64,000 nucleotides of DNA, taken from NCBI GenBank assembly GCA_003344405.1, contig NOWV01000112.1, positions 1 through 64,000 of the forward strand, given 5' to 3'. The position numbers and the translations under genes were made by a program. The notes beneath the pieces are model-generated. The model had not been told where the DNA came from. It was given only the letters and a program-made list of their open reading frames with translations, and made no database searches. Position 1 is the stretch's first letter; each line of letters starts with the position of its first letter. This document shows, piece after piece, positions 36,466 through 49,397 of the stretch. The DNA is from Trichoplax sp. H2. Taxonomy: Eukaryota.

Positions 36466-39400
36466 ATGAAATCTAAAGTCTATTCCATTAACTTGAGTGT
36501 TTCAAGGGAAGATAATTCTCACATTTACTTTAAATGTGATGGCGGACGATTCGATTCGGCTTATACCTATAAAATGAACGTGGATTGCTTGTACAAGTTA
36601 ACCTTTGCTTGCAAACCTCATATCGTTATTGAGTAAGTGGTACAACATGATGTAATATAGGTGGATAAGATTAACAATATTTTCATCTTGTTTTCGCTTA
36701 CCAATCAAATTATTTGCTATGTGGTCACAGTAGAAAAAAAAACCCCGATAGGATCATTGCATCTGTTGAGTTCTGCATAACTGACCGTCATCGTCTACTT
36801 GTATGTAGTATTTTGACTCCACTCTCGATGCATGGACTAGTGGATAAAAGTTACAATCTATTTTTTTTCTCCCCCCCTCCCCTTTTCCCAGACTTGCTCG
36901 ATTATTTTTCTCCAACTCAGAGTATACGGCTAATGATGAGGAACTTATTTGCATAACCGTGACCTATGGGCGATTAAATGGCCAGAAATTTTATTGATAA
37001 ATTAATTTCTTGCGTGTAAAACTCAAAATCTCATTTGCAAGTTTTAGCCAACTGTGAGTTAGTTGGCAATTTTGCGGTATGTTGATAGTGTGAAATCCCT
37101 TTCCATGAACGTAGATAGGCTCTGATTTAAAATTACAGTTGGAAAGCGAGCGTAAAAGCAAGATTTACTTTTATCATAATAACTAGTAGCTTATGGATCT
37201 ATCTTGAAAACGGCAGGCTATGGTCTACCCTTGTTTTCATCCAAGTTGTCATAATCCGATCATTCCTGTCATTTTCATGTTGTACCTTGCAGTTTTCTTC
37301 TTCAAGACGAGTTCAAACACATTCTCAAGTGCAGATTGAATAAAAAATAAGGAAGAAGGCTACCTTAGCGTTACGCAAGTAAACGATCCGAATTCTAGGA
37401 TTGTGCAAGTTTCTTCCTAGCTTTATTTCCAAAAAGTAGGCAAGCAGATTGGCGAGCGATTACCAGTAGCATCATTGCTCAAACTTTACTTTAATGATAG
37501 TAACTTGCTCTGATTTAAAATTGTTGTTGAAAAGCAAGAGTAAAACAAGATCTATTTGACCATGAATAGTTGCTTATGGGTCTATCTTGAAAACACCTGG
37601 CCATAATCTAAGACCCTTGTTTTCATCTAAGTTGTCATGATCCGATCATTCCTCTCATTTTCATGTTTTACCTTGCAGTTTTCTTCATCATGACGAGTTC
37701 ATACAGATTGAGGCAAAATAGAGAAGAAGGCTACCTTAGTGTTATGCTAGTAAAACGATCCGAATTCTAGGATTTTTCAGGTTCTAACCACATCGGTAAG
37801 CGATGACGAGCAGCAGCATTGCTCTAACTTACTCGTATGATGGTCATTTGCTCCGATTTAAAATTATAGTTTGAAAACAAGCGTCCAAAACAAGATCTAT
37901 TTGACTTTAGAGAGTAGCTTACGGTCTATTCTTGCTTCCATCAAGTTATCATGATTCGATCATAGCTTTCATTTCGATGTTGTTCCTCCGGTTTTTTCTT
38001 CAGAACAAGTCCATACAGATTCTAAAGTACACATTGAATAATGAAAGGGCAAAAGGCTACCTTAATGAGTAAACGATCCTAGTGATAGAATTGTAGAAAT
38101 TCCTTCCTAGCTTTATTTCTAAAAAAGTATACAACCAGATTGGCGACCGCTTACGCGTGAAAACAAGCGATGTTGTTTGGATGTTGTTCCTTCCAGTTTT
38201 TTCTTCATAACAAGTCCATGCAGATTCTAAAATGCACATTCAATCATAAAAGAGCAAAAGGCTAACTTGATGAGTGTTATACGAGTAAGCGATCCTAGTG
38301 ATAGGATTGTAGAAATTCCTTGCTAGTTTTCTTTCTAAAAAGTATGCAACCAGATTGGCGACCGCTTATGAGCAGCACCATTACTCTAACTTACTCCTAT
38401 GATTGTTGCATGTATCCATTGAAAAAGTCAGCAGTAAAAATATTAACTATCAAAAGAAAGAATTTTCTAGCTAGATGAGAAATACTACCACAGAAGAATA
38501 TTCCCACTCTACCTTGACAGTTACTGTAGCAATTTATCGTTCAAGGATAGTCAAACATACAATTAATTTGGAAGGTCTAGATTAAACTCAATTACGCAAT
38601 AGGTATACTTACAAAAAATTAATGATTAGCCTTGGACCCTATGGTATGATGTGGAAGGTGTAGATTGGATTTATTATGATGCAATGGGTATACTAAAAAA
38701 TGAACTTGTTTCCTGTCGTATGATAGACAAGGTGTAGATTCCATTTCCTCTTTTGATTAGGACAAATTATGCGATTGGGATGTTTAATTAATGGATATTT
38801 TAGCATTGGATCCTGTCGTATGATAGGGAAGGCTGGGTTTTCCTTTTTTAATGATGGCGAATGAATTATATAGGATAAATGATACATGTCCAAATGATGT
38901 AATAGCTAGGCTAAAAAATGGAGTTTTTGCTATTGGATTCTGTCGTATAATACAGAAAGTGTGGACAAGACTCCATGGTAATGCAATAGAAAATGCTAAA
39001 TATGAATTTTGGGGCCTTTAATCCTGTCGTATGCTATAGAAGGCGTAGATTGGATCTTTCGTCTTTTGACTATGTTACGGAAGAAAGAGATCATAGAATT
39101 GATTTATAGTCGGAGTTTAATCATGTAGTATAGTAGAATTGGCTCTTAGCACGCTAAATAGGTGAAAAATGGCTGTTGATGGATTCCTTTCCCTTTCAAA
39201 AGGCTTACCCTTTTAGTTTCATGATTGTAAGCTAGTAAAATCAAGCCACACGATCCTGTCAATTCGCTCTCTTATTCTTTCCAAGTCGTCGTTTTCACTG
39301 TTGTTGAGCTACGGTATATCGAAGAAGGAATATTGATTCTGATTCCATTTCCCCTTTAGAAGATCATTAATTGCTTTTTTGTCCTCGCTAATGAAAGAGA

Positions 39401-40152
39401 GAGAGGAAAAAAAACTTGCCGTCAATAGATTGCCTTTTCCTTTTTGAGTTGGTCAAACCTTTATGCACGGATTATAGCCGGCTAACGAGAAAGAGAAGGC
39501 AATAAATTGATTGATTTTACTTCCATTGCACCTTGTAGTACTGTCATAAAATGGATTCTTTTCTATAGCTCCTAGCGAGCTATAATAAAGTAAAGAGATT
39601 ATCCTGGTATAAGTGTACTTGCTTAGGAAGATATGATCCTTATCCTCTTATTTTAGCATTAGAAATAGCAGATAGTTTACCAAAAGCCAAGGCTATAACC
39701 TATAGCATAAATCGATGATCAGCATTGTATTTTGTTGCGAATATCCTAATTGAAAGTAGACGTTGGAGTAGAAAGGACGCTAGATGATGATGAAGTGCAA
39801 ACGAAATAAATCAATCTATTTATTCCTGTCTTTCTCTCTCTCTAGGCAAGTCAAGATTGACGATAAAGTTCTACCATTGGATGAAGATACCAAAGACCTC
39901 AACAGAAGCTTATACAAATGTGTTTGGAAAAGCGACAGCATTATCCCAACTAAAAGTAAAGGACGATCACCGTTGAGAATTGTCCTAGATATTCGCGATG
40001 CTGGCTCAGTAGAAATGATATTACAGTGTAAATTTTATAAGAGAAATTCAAGCCATGATCGTTGGGGAACACAAGTCAACAGCATCCAATTCGATTATGC
40101 TCCTAAAGATGAAACTGGCCCCTTGGCAGTCATTAAACAATCTATCTTATAA
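36466..40152 (+). CDS. CNRIP1: CB1 cannabinoid receptor-interacting protein 1 (CRIP1a) homologue, 157 aa, 2 coding exons
   Basis: 36466-36632 (MKSKVYSINLSVSREDNSHIYFKCDGGRFDSAYTYKM..KP) joined in phase 2 to 39846-40152 (..IIPTKSKGRSPLRI..QCKFYKRNSSHDRWGTQVNSIQFDY..KQSIL). This matches the CRIP1a motifs FYKVDGQRF, TPTKSGERQP, QVKFY, HCQWG and KESFL as I recall them. Confidence 0.88.
37119..38400. repeat. Diverged tandem duplications (about 350-390 bp units, 3-4 partial copies) in the CNRIP1 intron
   Basis: CTCTGATTTAAAATT occurs near 37119, 37507 and 37850. AAGGCTACCTTA..AAACGATCC and CAGATTGGCGA recur. Confidence 0.85.
38638..39060. repeat. Degenerate short repeat CCTGTCGTATGATAG..AAGGTGTAGATT, about 5 copies spaced 75-130 bp apart
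   Basis: Copies near 38638, 38712, 38812, 38939 and 39023. Confidence 0.65.
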
Positions 40153-42942
40153 TTGATCCTCTAGTAGTATTAATGACGAAGTGGCTCAACACCAACTTAA
40201 TTTTTAACAACAAGAGTTTGATACTAATGTCCAAAATCCATGGGATAATACTCCTAAAAAAAAAAATGGCTCATTGACTGTTGTTAAGCAGGTTATCCAA
40301 TAATAGAATTCATTTGCACTGTAATATTCATAATGAAATGGTTCAAGGAGAACTTGCATCATCTTCCTTCTCTAATGAATATAATCTGTATAGTATAAGA
40401 TTTACACTTTCTTTTCGCCATCTTGGATACAGCATAAATCATTGGATGAGCTTTAAGTTCCTAAAGTAAACATTTCATATTCTGCTCTCATCAACTAATC
40501 CATCTATAGCCAAGATGAATAAACGATGTCGCCAATGGATAATCTCTTTTCATAAGCAATATTGGAGAATATCATTTTATGGCAATTATGGAGAGTAAGA
40601 TTTAAAACTGAGTTACTTTATCAGCCATTTCTTTTATTGTGTATACTAGACTACGCCATTAGAATAGACACAATCCTCATCATCTTGTATACAAAGTTGA
40701 ATCCAACAATTGGAGTAGGAAATTGGCAGCTAATTTTACCGATTTCAATTGATACAGTAATGAAAACTGATATTTAGCCTTTACTCTATCCTACTTTAGG
40801 ACTATTTACAGTATAAGCTATTCTTGGTTTCTATCGGGGGAAATAAATGAGTATTTTAAATCTCTGTATAAGAATTCTACTAATAAGATCGGTTTATGTA
40901 TGGTTCTATAGTAGTCTTATACTGTGCTCAAATATACTTTCAAGGTTATATAGACATGTTTTATGATTTCTTATCATAGTGGATGGAATTGAATAATTTG
41001 ATCATAAACTAGCTAATGCTGTATCTACCGGAAGGCTACTACCTCATCATTAAACAGATTGATAGCTAGCTTCCTAATTGTTTTTACGAGAATCATTATA
41101 ATTATGTATTAAAAGATGAAATCAGTACTTTACTGCCAAGATGGCAACATGAAGATTTGCTTGCTTTCTATTCCGTGTGGATAAAATTATCTTGGACCTA
41201 ATTCAGAATGGCTAATTTTAAATAGTTGAAATTTATACTTATAGGTAGAAATGGCCAATGATTTATAATTGTACTGATGAAAATACGCGTTAAAATTTTT
41301 ATAATGTAATAACGACGGGATAATTTTAACTTGAAAATAAACACTTTTATATCTAGATTCAATAAACGTCATTTGGTTTCAAGAGAGATAAATAGGGTAA
41401 AAGTGGAAAATTGGTATTCTTATCTTTTGATTTGACATCTATAAAATTACTTTTAAATAACCGAGTACAGAAATGATAAAATATTCTAGTTGGTAGTCAG
41501 TAACATGGTAGGTTTAGAACCGCCTATTTAAGCTAAGGGTTAGAGTAGTTGTGGATATTGCATTGGAAGGTTTACTTGCTTTCTCTTCCATATGGGGTAA
41601 AATCAGCTTGGACTCAAATCCAAGTACAGAAAATGACGAAAGCTAGGATGTGTTGTCTTTAATAACGCTACGGACTTATAGTCTCACTTCACGCGGCAAT
41701 ATCAATTTTAATCAAGCCGTAATGTTTGCAAGAAAGCAACGTCTACAACTTTTAAAATTATTTCAAAAGTTAGTTGATGATCGTATTCAGTCCAAGCTCA
41801 GCACCAGTCATGAGATAGAATACGTGAACATTTGGTTGTTCTCTGAATTCTAAAATGACAGCAAGAAGCTGAAGCAACTTCTGTCCTGTAGAATTCGTCC
41901 CTACTCACTTCAATTCAATCCTAGCTTATCATTAGTCGGTGGCTGATGCAATATTATTATTAACTGTAAAGAATTGAGCACATTTAAAATTCTCTATTGG
42001 CAGGCAGCCAAGACTTTTCCCGAGCATACAGAGCAAATCGGAATCTATGATCTAGTTAGTACACATCAAATTCGTGACAACAATAAATTATCATTCATTA
42101 TTATCCATCCTGATGAGTATAACTTAGGATAAGCATTGAATAATCATCAATAAATAAAGAAGGAAAATTTTTAAATTAAAATAGTACTAGTGAATAGATT
42201 GCATTGCTTATTTAGTTATAATTAAGGAGAACTTTCCTCAATCAAAATGCGTTATGTTCTATACCGTTTGGAACATGATAACATGAATTGCCATAACTAG
42301 TATCTAAAGATATTCTCTTAGTAAGCAATATGAATATATATATTAGAAAGGAAATAATGAAACTAATCTCTTAACAATAAATAAGCATTTTAATTTATCA
42401 TTCTCTATATTCCATATAATAAATATTATTAATTGGATTTTATAAATAATATGTAGTTAAGCATACTTTTCTGAAAGTTCAAATGATACGAGTAAGGGTA
42501 ATATCTGTGCTTGTATACTAAATATAAATGAATTCGATACTATCGTATTTGCTTCTATTGAGTGAAATGTGTATACTTATTAAATATACCTACTGCAATG
42601 TGGTAATAAATAATAGCGTAACTGTCCTTTCCGTTCAATCGCTCATTGAGAGGCCGCATTTGTTACAAGTGTCATCAATATTGAAATGATGACTAGCCAT
42701 TGTAAAAGTATTCCGAGTTGCAGAATATGCTATAGGACGATACTAATGTATAAAATTATACTTGCTTTCTACTATTTAATATGGAACTGAAAATATTGAA
42801 AACGTGTTGATAAAATCATTCCTAAGAAACGTACATCGTTTTTTTTACAGCATAATTTACATGGTATATTGCATTATCTTACTACTAAAACAAGGTGATA
42901 GAGTTAATTACGTCAGAATGCCAATAGACACAGTTGCTACGA

Positions 42943-44330
42943 TTACGTTTCTTGATCGCCTTCAGCTAGTGTAGTATAGCGATAGCGTCTCTTGTCTTTC
43001 TTTTTGGCTCCTGGGCCATTTCTTCGATATCGAACCAATGCATAAATAAAGACAAGGAGTAATACACCAACACATAATATGGTGAAGGAATTATACATCG
43101 ATGTAGGTACTTTAAAAGGATACTTCCAGTGTAATAACGTATCATCGGCAGACTCTTTTATGCCATAAAGCCACATGTCATTAAGGTAACCGTCCTTTCC
43201 ATCTCGATCGTGACCGATACCGCCAAATAGATTGGCAGTTCCATTGAAACTCCAAGCTGCAGCACCAGCTCGAATACTTGGAAAGTTCCTAGCACTAGGC
43301 TGGCCCTTTTGACCATAGCTTGCAATACCATGTTTATTTGTATTATTCCCGTGCCATATCCATACATCGTCGTTGACTTTATATTGCCAAATATTGGAAA
43401 GTAATTTGGCTGGTTCATATAGTCTATCCGTTGATGCAACGTATGATCCACAGCCAGCACCACCATACATCCATAAATTACCTTTGTTGTCAGTCCATGA
43501 TGCAGCGTCTGCTAAGCAACCAGGGGCATTTTTTTTATTAGCTACATGAATTGCACCATGCTGAGCACTTTTAATCCCTTTACTACCGGCCAGTTTAATC
43601 CAATTTTGACTTTTAACAGAAAATGCCCAAAGATCGGATGACATACCACGTAATAGATGTGCATGTCCTTCAAAATCTGAACCTGTATGGCCACCATATA
43701 AGTAGAGATTGTCTAAAACAGTCCAGGTTATGACTCCATACCGACTACCTGGTGTTTGATGATTCTTAATGGACAACTTTTTCCATGTTAATGTTAATAA
43801 ATCGAGTTTCCAAAAGTCGTCAAATGGTTCACCGATGGTATTTCTTCCACCATATACCCACATGACACCGTTATAGCACCAATAAGCAGCATTTGAGCGC
43901 GCTTTGGGATAGGACTTGGGACGTTGTTTAATTTTAGTCCAATTTTTATCTTGTATACTAAATAGCCATAAATCATCTAAAGCCTTCATTTGGCCAGAAA
44001 ATCCACCAAAAATTACAAAAAGTTTATTATGTATTCCGCACGATGCAGCTCGACTACGTGGTTTAGGTGTATTTTTCGAACGATCACCAAGGTATACTTC
44101 CCAATTTCCAGTTGTTGCAGAATAGTGCCATAAGGAATTCAACTGAGAAGCGCTATCGCTTTTCCTTTCGAATCCAGTACCACCAAATAGCCAGATATTG
44201 CCGTCATAGTTAGTCCATGAAGTGGTACAGTAGCGAGCACCAGGATAAGCCCTGTTTGTTGTTTTATTGGGTAGGAGGCTTACTTGGTCTTTGGAGTAAC
44301 TGCCATCGAACCATATCCATTCGGTTATTT
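42943..44330 (-). CDS. Kelch/galactose-oxidase-type beta-propeller protein with a C-terminal transmembrane helix and short basic tail (one 1.39-kb exon; 5' exon uncertain)
   Basis: The frame stays open from the acceptor at 44331-44332 (ITEWIWFDGSYSKDQ..YPGARYCTTSWTNYDGNIWLFGG) to the stop at 42943. About six P..R..A.SW....(L/M)W.(F/Y)GG...D.W repeats, then TM FTILCVGVLLLVFIYALV and RYRR..KKKDKRRYRYTTL. A phase-1-compatible upstream exon may be 46970-46769 (contains LTLVILLVAL), low confidence. Confidence 0.88.
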
Positions 44331-45966
44331 CTAGACATTCAGTAAAGTGAAAGGGTTAGAGCATCAGTAGAGGCAATCATGACAATTTCATCTACACGCA
44401 TATTTACTTTATCATGATTATTGCGCTGATGCATAGGTTGATATGCTATTTTTATTTGTACAGAATGCTATTTAAGAGTAAGTATTGGTTGATTGAGTTG
44501 CATGCAAGATTGGTCGTGATCACTTAGGAGTATACTGATTTCATTTCAGTAAAATAGCGATAAAATTGAGGATCGATGGATGAACGATATGGGTATTCTA
44601 GACTATGTAAAGCAGCAAGATTATCAACCGCATTGCGTGTATTGTATGACAATATAACATATACAAGGAGTAAAATTAGTTTCCAGGCTACACTACAGAC
44701 GGTTGATTATAATATTGACAACATGAAAAAGGATCCCAATTATGACCCATGTGATGCTAGGTTAAGACCCTTATTTTGGCGTTGTATTCAATCTACTCTA
44801 GGAGTTAATTCATTTACAATAATTGATTATAATTATCGGAGCATAAAATCGATATACTTGTACAAAAGTTGTATAGTATGCTATGAATAAAGAGCATGAT
44901 TAATTTGTGAGGAAAGATAGAAATGCGAAGCAAATTATTGCGTGTATTATCCTAACTATAGATGATTGATTTCTTGGTGGGATCACTTGAGATCGAGATA
45001 CACAAGTATTGATTCATTAACAGTAGTTGATTATTTGCAGTAAAAAACTACATACAAAGTTGTACCGTATGTTACGATAAAGAATCACATTACTGTAGTT
45101 TGGAGAATCTGACTGAATTTATAGGTGCATGATTATAGCTACAGAATTGCATTTTTGGTGACGTTGCTTGAGATCAACACAAGTGCTAATTTATGGATAC
45201 TGGATTGTATATTATGTATTGGAGTAGAAATCTTTCTACAAAGTAGTACAGATGTGACAATAAAGAGCCAAATTAGTGCAGTATTAATGCCTCATGACTC
45301 AACAAAGTAGTGGCGAGTCCTATTCGACATTGTTATTGCTCTGATTAATGGAATTCTTATCGATGTTGATCAGGCCTACTGTGTGGCTGTTTATGGCTTG
45401 CCGAAATAATTGCCATATTTTTGAAATTGAAATTAGACTGTATGAATCCATGAATTGAATCGTTGACGACTGGCTATTGGGTAAAGCAATCGATTTTACA
45501 GTAAGATTATTTCAATGTGCTTGTATTCTCTATTGGTATAGCTAGGATAGATTGGATCCTTATCCATGTTGTATGGGGTCTGCTTCCTGTTGTTTATTGT
45601 CTTGGTTGAAATGATATTCATTTTTTAAAATTGAAACTACAATCTATTATGGTCCATGAATTCACGAGCGGATAACTAACGGCTAAAGAAATAAACTATC
45701 ATCACGGTAAAATTGTTTTAGTGTGTTTTCTCCATTCTAATCTTTCTTATCACAACTATGATGGATGAAATTGTTATTGAAATCGCGTGTAAGGTTGATC
45801 GAGTGCTCTTCCATAATATCTGCTGTACTCCGCATGAAACGATATCAATCCATGAATCGAATCCCTACGCTATCAGCAATCCGATCAAAACATTCAATTG
45901 TCGTAACCCTAACATGGTTTTCGTGTGCTTGTCTAGAGAAGAAAGCGGAAAAGTAATGAAATACAG

Positions 45967-46720
45967 CTAGCATTTTTTTCTTCCTATGCCATGGAGCAAA
46001 GTCGAATGATAGCAGATCGCTCTTTTCTCCCTTCTTGATCAATAGTTTACCAGTATTCTTGGTGACAAGCTTGTGAAAGAAGATAATGAGTAGAGAGATA
46101 CTGTAAACTAAGCTAATTCAGCGTGATTTTTGGCCTTTTATGGTCGATGAGAGTAGGATAATGATAATAAAGTATAACTAGCATTTTTTTTCCTATGCCA
46201 TGGAGTAAAGACAGTAAAGTAGAATGATAACAGATCGCTCCCTTCTTGTATTAGACATATTGATGTTGACAATCATCTCGTTTGATCATCTGGCTCAATC
46301 ATCTTTCAATCAATAGCTTACCAGTATTCTTGGTGACTAGACTAAGCTAATTTAGCGTGATTTTTGGCCTATTATGGTCATTTCTTGGTCGATGAGAGTA
46401 GGATAATAATAATAAAGTATAACTAGCATTTTTTTTCCTATGCCATGGAATAAAGACAGTAAAGTAGAATGATAACAGATCGCTCTTTTCCCCCCTTCTT
46501 GTATTAGACATATTGATGTTGACAATCATCTCGTTTGATCATCTGGCTCAATCATCATTCAATCAATAGTTTACCTGTATTCTTGGTCTTTGTATGACTA
46601 GCCTGTGAAAGAAGAGAAAGAGTAGAGAGATAAACTAAGCTAATCCAGCGTGATTTTTGGCCTTTTAAGGTCATTTCTAGGTCGATTTTGCAAGCAAAGT
46701 CTTGTCGATGAGAGTAGGAT
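45967..46720. repeat. Tandem repeat of about 210-250 bp, 3 copies
   Basis: CTAGCATTTTTTTTCCTATGCCATGGA starts near 45967, 46178 and 46423. CTAAGCTAATT.AGCGTGATTTTTGGCC also occurs three times. Confidence 0.9.
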
Positions 46721-47121
46721 AGCCGCACAGTGAGTCCTGACTCCGGACCATAGGGATTTAAGCGTTACTAGGATATCGTATGTCTAGTGCGACTAGTAGT
46801 ATAACAAGGGTAAGTTGGACAGTATGGAAGATACGGGATGGGTAGACAAATGACCATCGTTTTAGTAGTCCTTGACCATACTTGAATTTGTATGGCGTAA
46901 GTAGACATTCGTTTTGCACGATAGTTATTTTATAGCCTGAAATGCCACCAAAATGAGAGTTCCTTGCCATAGTGGAGTACTCTTGTAACTCATGACATTT
47001 ATTTTGCTCATACTAGATGATACCGATCCTATGGTGGCTACATTGGCAGTGCAATATTGATTGGAGTATAGTGTTTAGGTTAATTTCGTCAACAGACTGT
47101 CGTAAAAAAATATTATTCGTA

Positions 47122-48700
47122 GTGAGCAAAATTGATGTCACACTATAACGTTCCTAGTCATTCACTAGAATCCCAATCATCAAAAAGTGATTACCTCATT
47201 TTTTTATTATTATTATTCACTTCTGCAGTAAGCAGCTGGTTGGTCCATTCTTTGACATACTGTATACACCACTATACATTACAGAAGTTTGACAAATCAT
47301 GCTAAAATGGAAATAAACACGATCAGGGAAAGACTGATTGCGAGTAAAAAAGAGAGTTGGAGAGATTTGTTTTATATTTATTTTTATCGTCTTGTCGTCT
47401 TTATACGACTGATGAATGCCTTTTTAAGCTATTTCTCAACCTTAGAACATGTCTCAAGTGGTAGTACTATACAATAACATTAGTACTGCATACTGTTAGA
47501 AATAAAATGGGGATAAGGGTGAGTTTTATAATCTCATTTTTGGCTATGGCAGAACCTGGCAGCCGTTTCATGGACAGCCCACTGTCAGCAGACGCCGTTC
47601 GTCTAACAGTAGTGTGTACCATGACAGACCTACAATACAGTTGAAATGACCAATAACATAGTCTCCTTGCTGGTGTTGACTATATAGCCCTTTACCACCG
47701 TCCGTCTTTCTTTCCATGCTAGCTTGACCGGGTCTACTGACTAGACTTGACCCACTCTCCCTTGACGACCATCCGTCTTTCTGTCCATGCTAGCTTGACC
47801 GGGCCTACTGACCCACTCTCCCTGGACGACCGTCTGTCTTTCTGTCCATACTAGCTTGACCGGGCCCACTCTCCCTTGACGACCATCCGTCTTTCTTTCN
47901 NNNNNNNNNNNNNNNNNNNGTGAGCAAAATTGATGTCACACTATAACGTTCCTAGTCATTCACTAGAATCCCAATCATCAAAAAGTAATTACCTCAGTTT
48001 TTTATTATTATTATTCACTTCTGCAGTAAGTAGCTGGTTGGTCCATTCTTTGACATACTGTATACACCACTATACACTACGGAAGTTTGACAAATCATGC
48101 TAAAATGGAAATACACACGATCAGGGAAAGACTGATTGCGAGTAAAAAAGAGAGTTGGAGAGATTTGTTTTGTATTTATTATTTTTATCCTCTTGTCGTC
48201 TTATATGACTGATGAATGCCTTTTAAAGCTATTTCTCAACCTTAGAACATCTCTCAAGTGGTAGTACTATACAATAACATTAGTACTGCATACTGCTAGA
48301 AATAAAATGGGGATAAGGGTGAGTTCGTTGGGACTTTAATGGGTTCTGAATAAAATATAATCTCATTTTTGGCTATGGCAGAACCTGGCAGCCGTTTCAT
48401 AGACAGCCCACTGTCAGCAGACGACGTTCGTCTAACAGTAGTGTGTACCATGACAGACCTACAATACAGTTGAAATGACCAATAACATAGTCTCCTTGCT
48501 GGTGTTGACTATCCCTTTACCACCGTCCGTCTTTCTTTCCATGCTCGCTCGACCGGGCCTACTGACTAGACTTGACCCACTCTCCCTTGACGACCATCCG
48601 TCTTTCTGTCCACGCTCGCTTGACCGGGCCAACTCTCCCTTGAGGACCATCCGTCTTTCTGTCCATGCTCGCTTGACCGGGCCAACTCTCCCTTGACGAC
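47122..48700. other. Assembly gap (20 N, 47900-47919) with about 780 bp duplicated on both sides; probably unmerged haplotypes
   Basis: GTGAGCAAAATTGATGTCAC.. starts at 47122 and again at 47920, right after the gap. The copies differ by scattered SNPs and an indel of about 30 bp. Confidence 0.8.
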
Positions 48701-49397
48701 CACCTGTCTTTCTGTCCATGCTCACTTGACCGGGCCCACTCTCCCTTGACGACCATCCATCTTTCTGTCCATACTCGCTTGACCAGGCCAACTCTCCCTT
48801 GACGACCATCCGCCTTTCTGTCCATGCTAGCTTGATCGGGCCAACTCTCCCTTGACGACCATCCGTCTTTCTGTCCATGCTCACTTGATCGGGCCAACTC
48901 TCCCATGACGACCATCCGTCTTTCTGTCCATACTCGCTTGACGGGGCCAACTCTCCCTTGACGCCCATCCGTCTTTCTGTCCATGCTCGCTTGACGAGGC
49001 CTACTGACCCACTCTCCCTTGACGACCATCCGTCTTTCTGTCCATACTCGCTTGACCAGGCCAACTCTCCCTTGACGACCACCCGTCTTTCTGTCCATAC
49101 TAGCTTGATCGGGCCAACTCTCCCATGACGACCATCTGTCTTTCTGTCCATACTCGCTTGATCGGGCCAACTCTCCCTTGACGCCCATCCGTCTTTCTGT
49201 CCACGCTCGCTTGACGAGGCCTACTGACCCACTCTCCCTTGACGACTATCCGTCTTTCTTTCCATGCTAGCTTGACCGGGCCTACTGACCCACTCTCCCT
49301 GGACGACCATCCGTCTTTCTGTCCATACTAGCTTGACCGGGCCAACTCTCCCTGGACGACCATCCGTCTTTCTGTCCATACTCGCTTGACGGGGCCC
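48520..49397. repeat. GC-rich 53-bp minisatellite (about 16 units, some 61-62-bp variants); partial copy at 47697-47899
   Basis: Unit CCAACTCTCCCTTGACGACCATCCGTCTTTCTGTCCATGCTCGCTTGACCGGG; period 53 (for example 48841 to 48894). Confidence 0.97.

Noticed and set aside
38638..39060. Interspaced 30-bp repeats resembling a CRISPR-like array
   Set aside because: Repeats are degenerate, spacing is irregular (75-130 bp), and they lie in an intron; best explained as a decayed tandem repeat.
48520..49397. CRISPR array interpretation of the regular repeat
   Set aside because: Units are head-to-tail with no unique spacers, there are no cas genes, and the context is eukaryotic.
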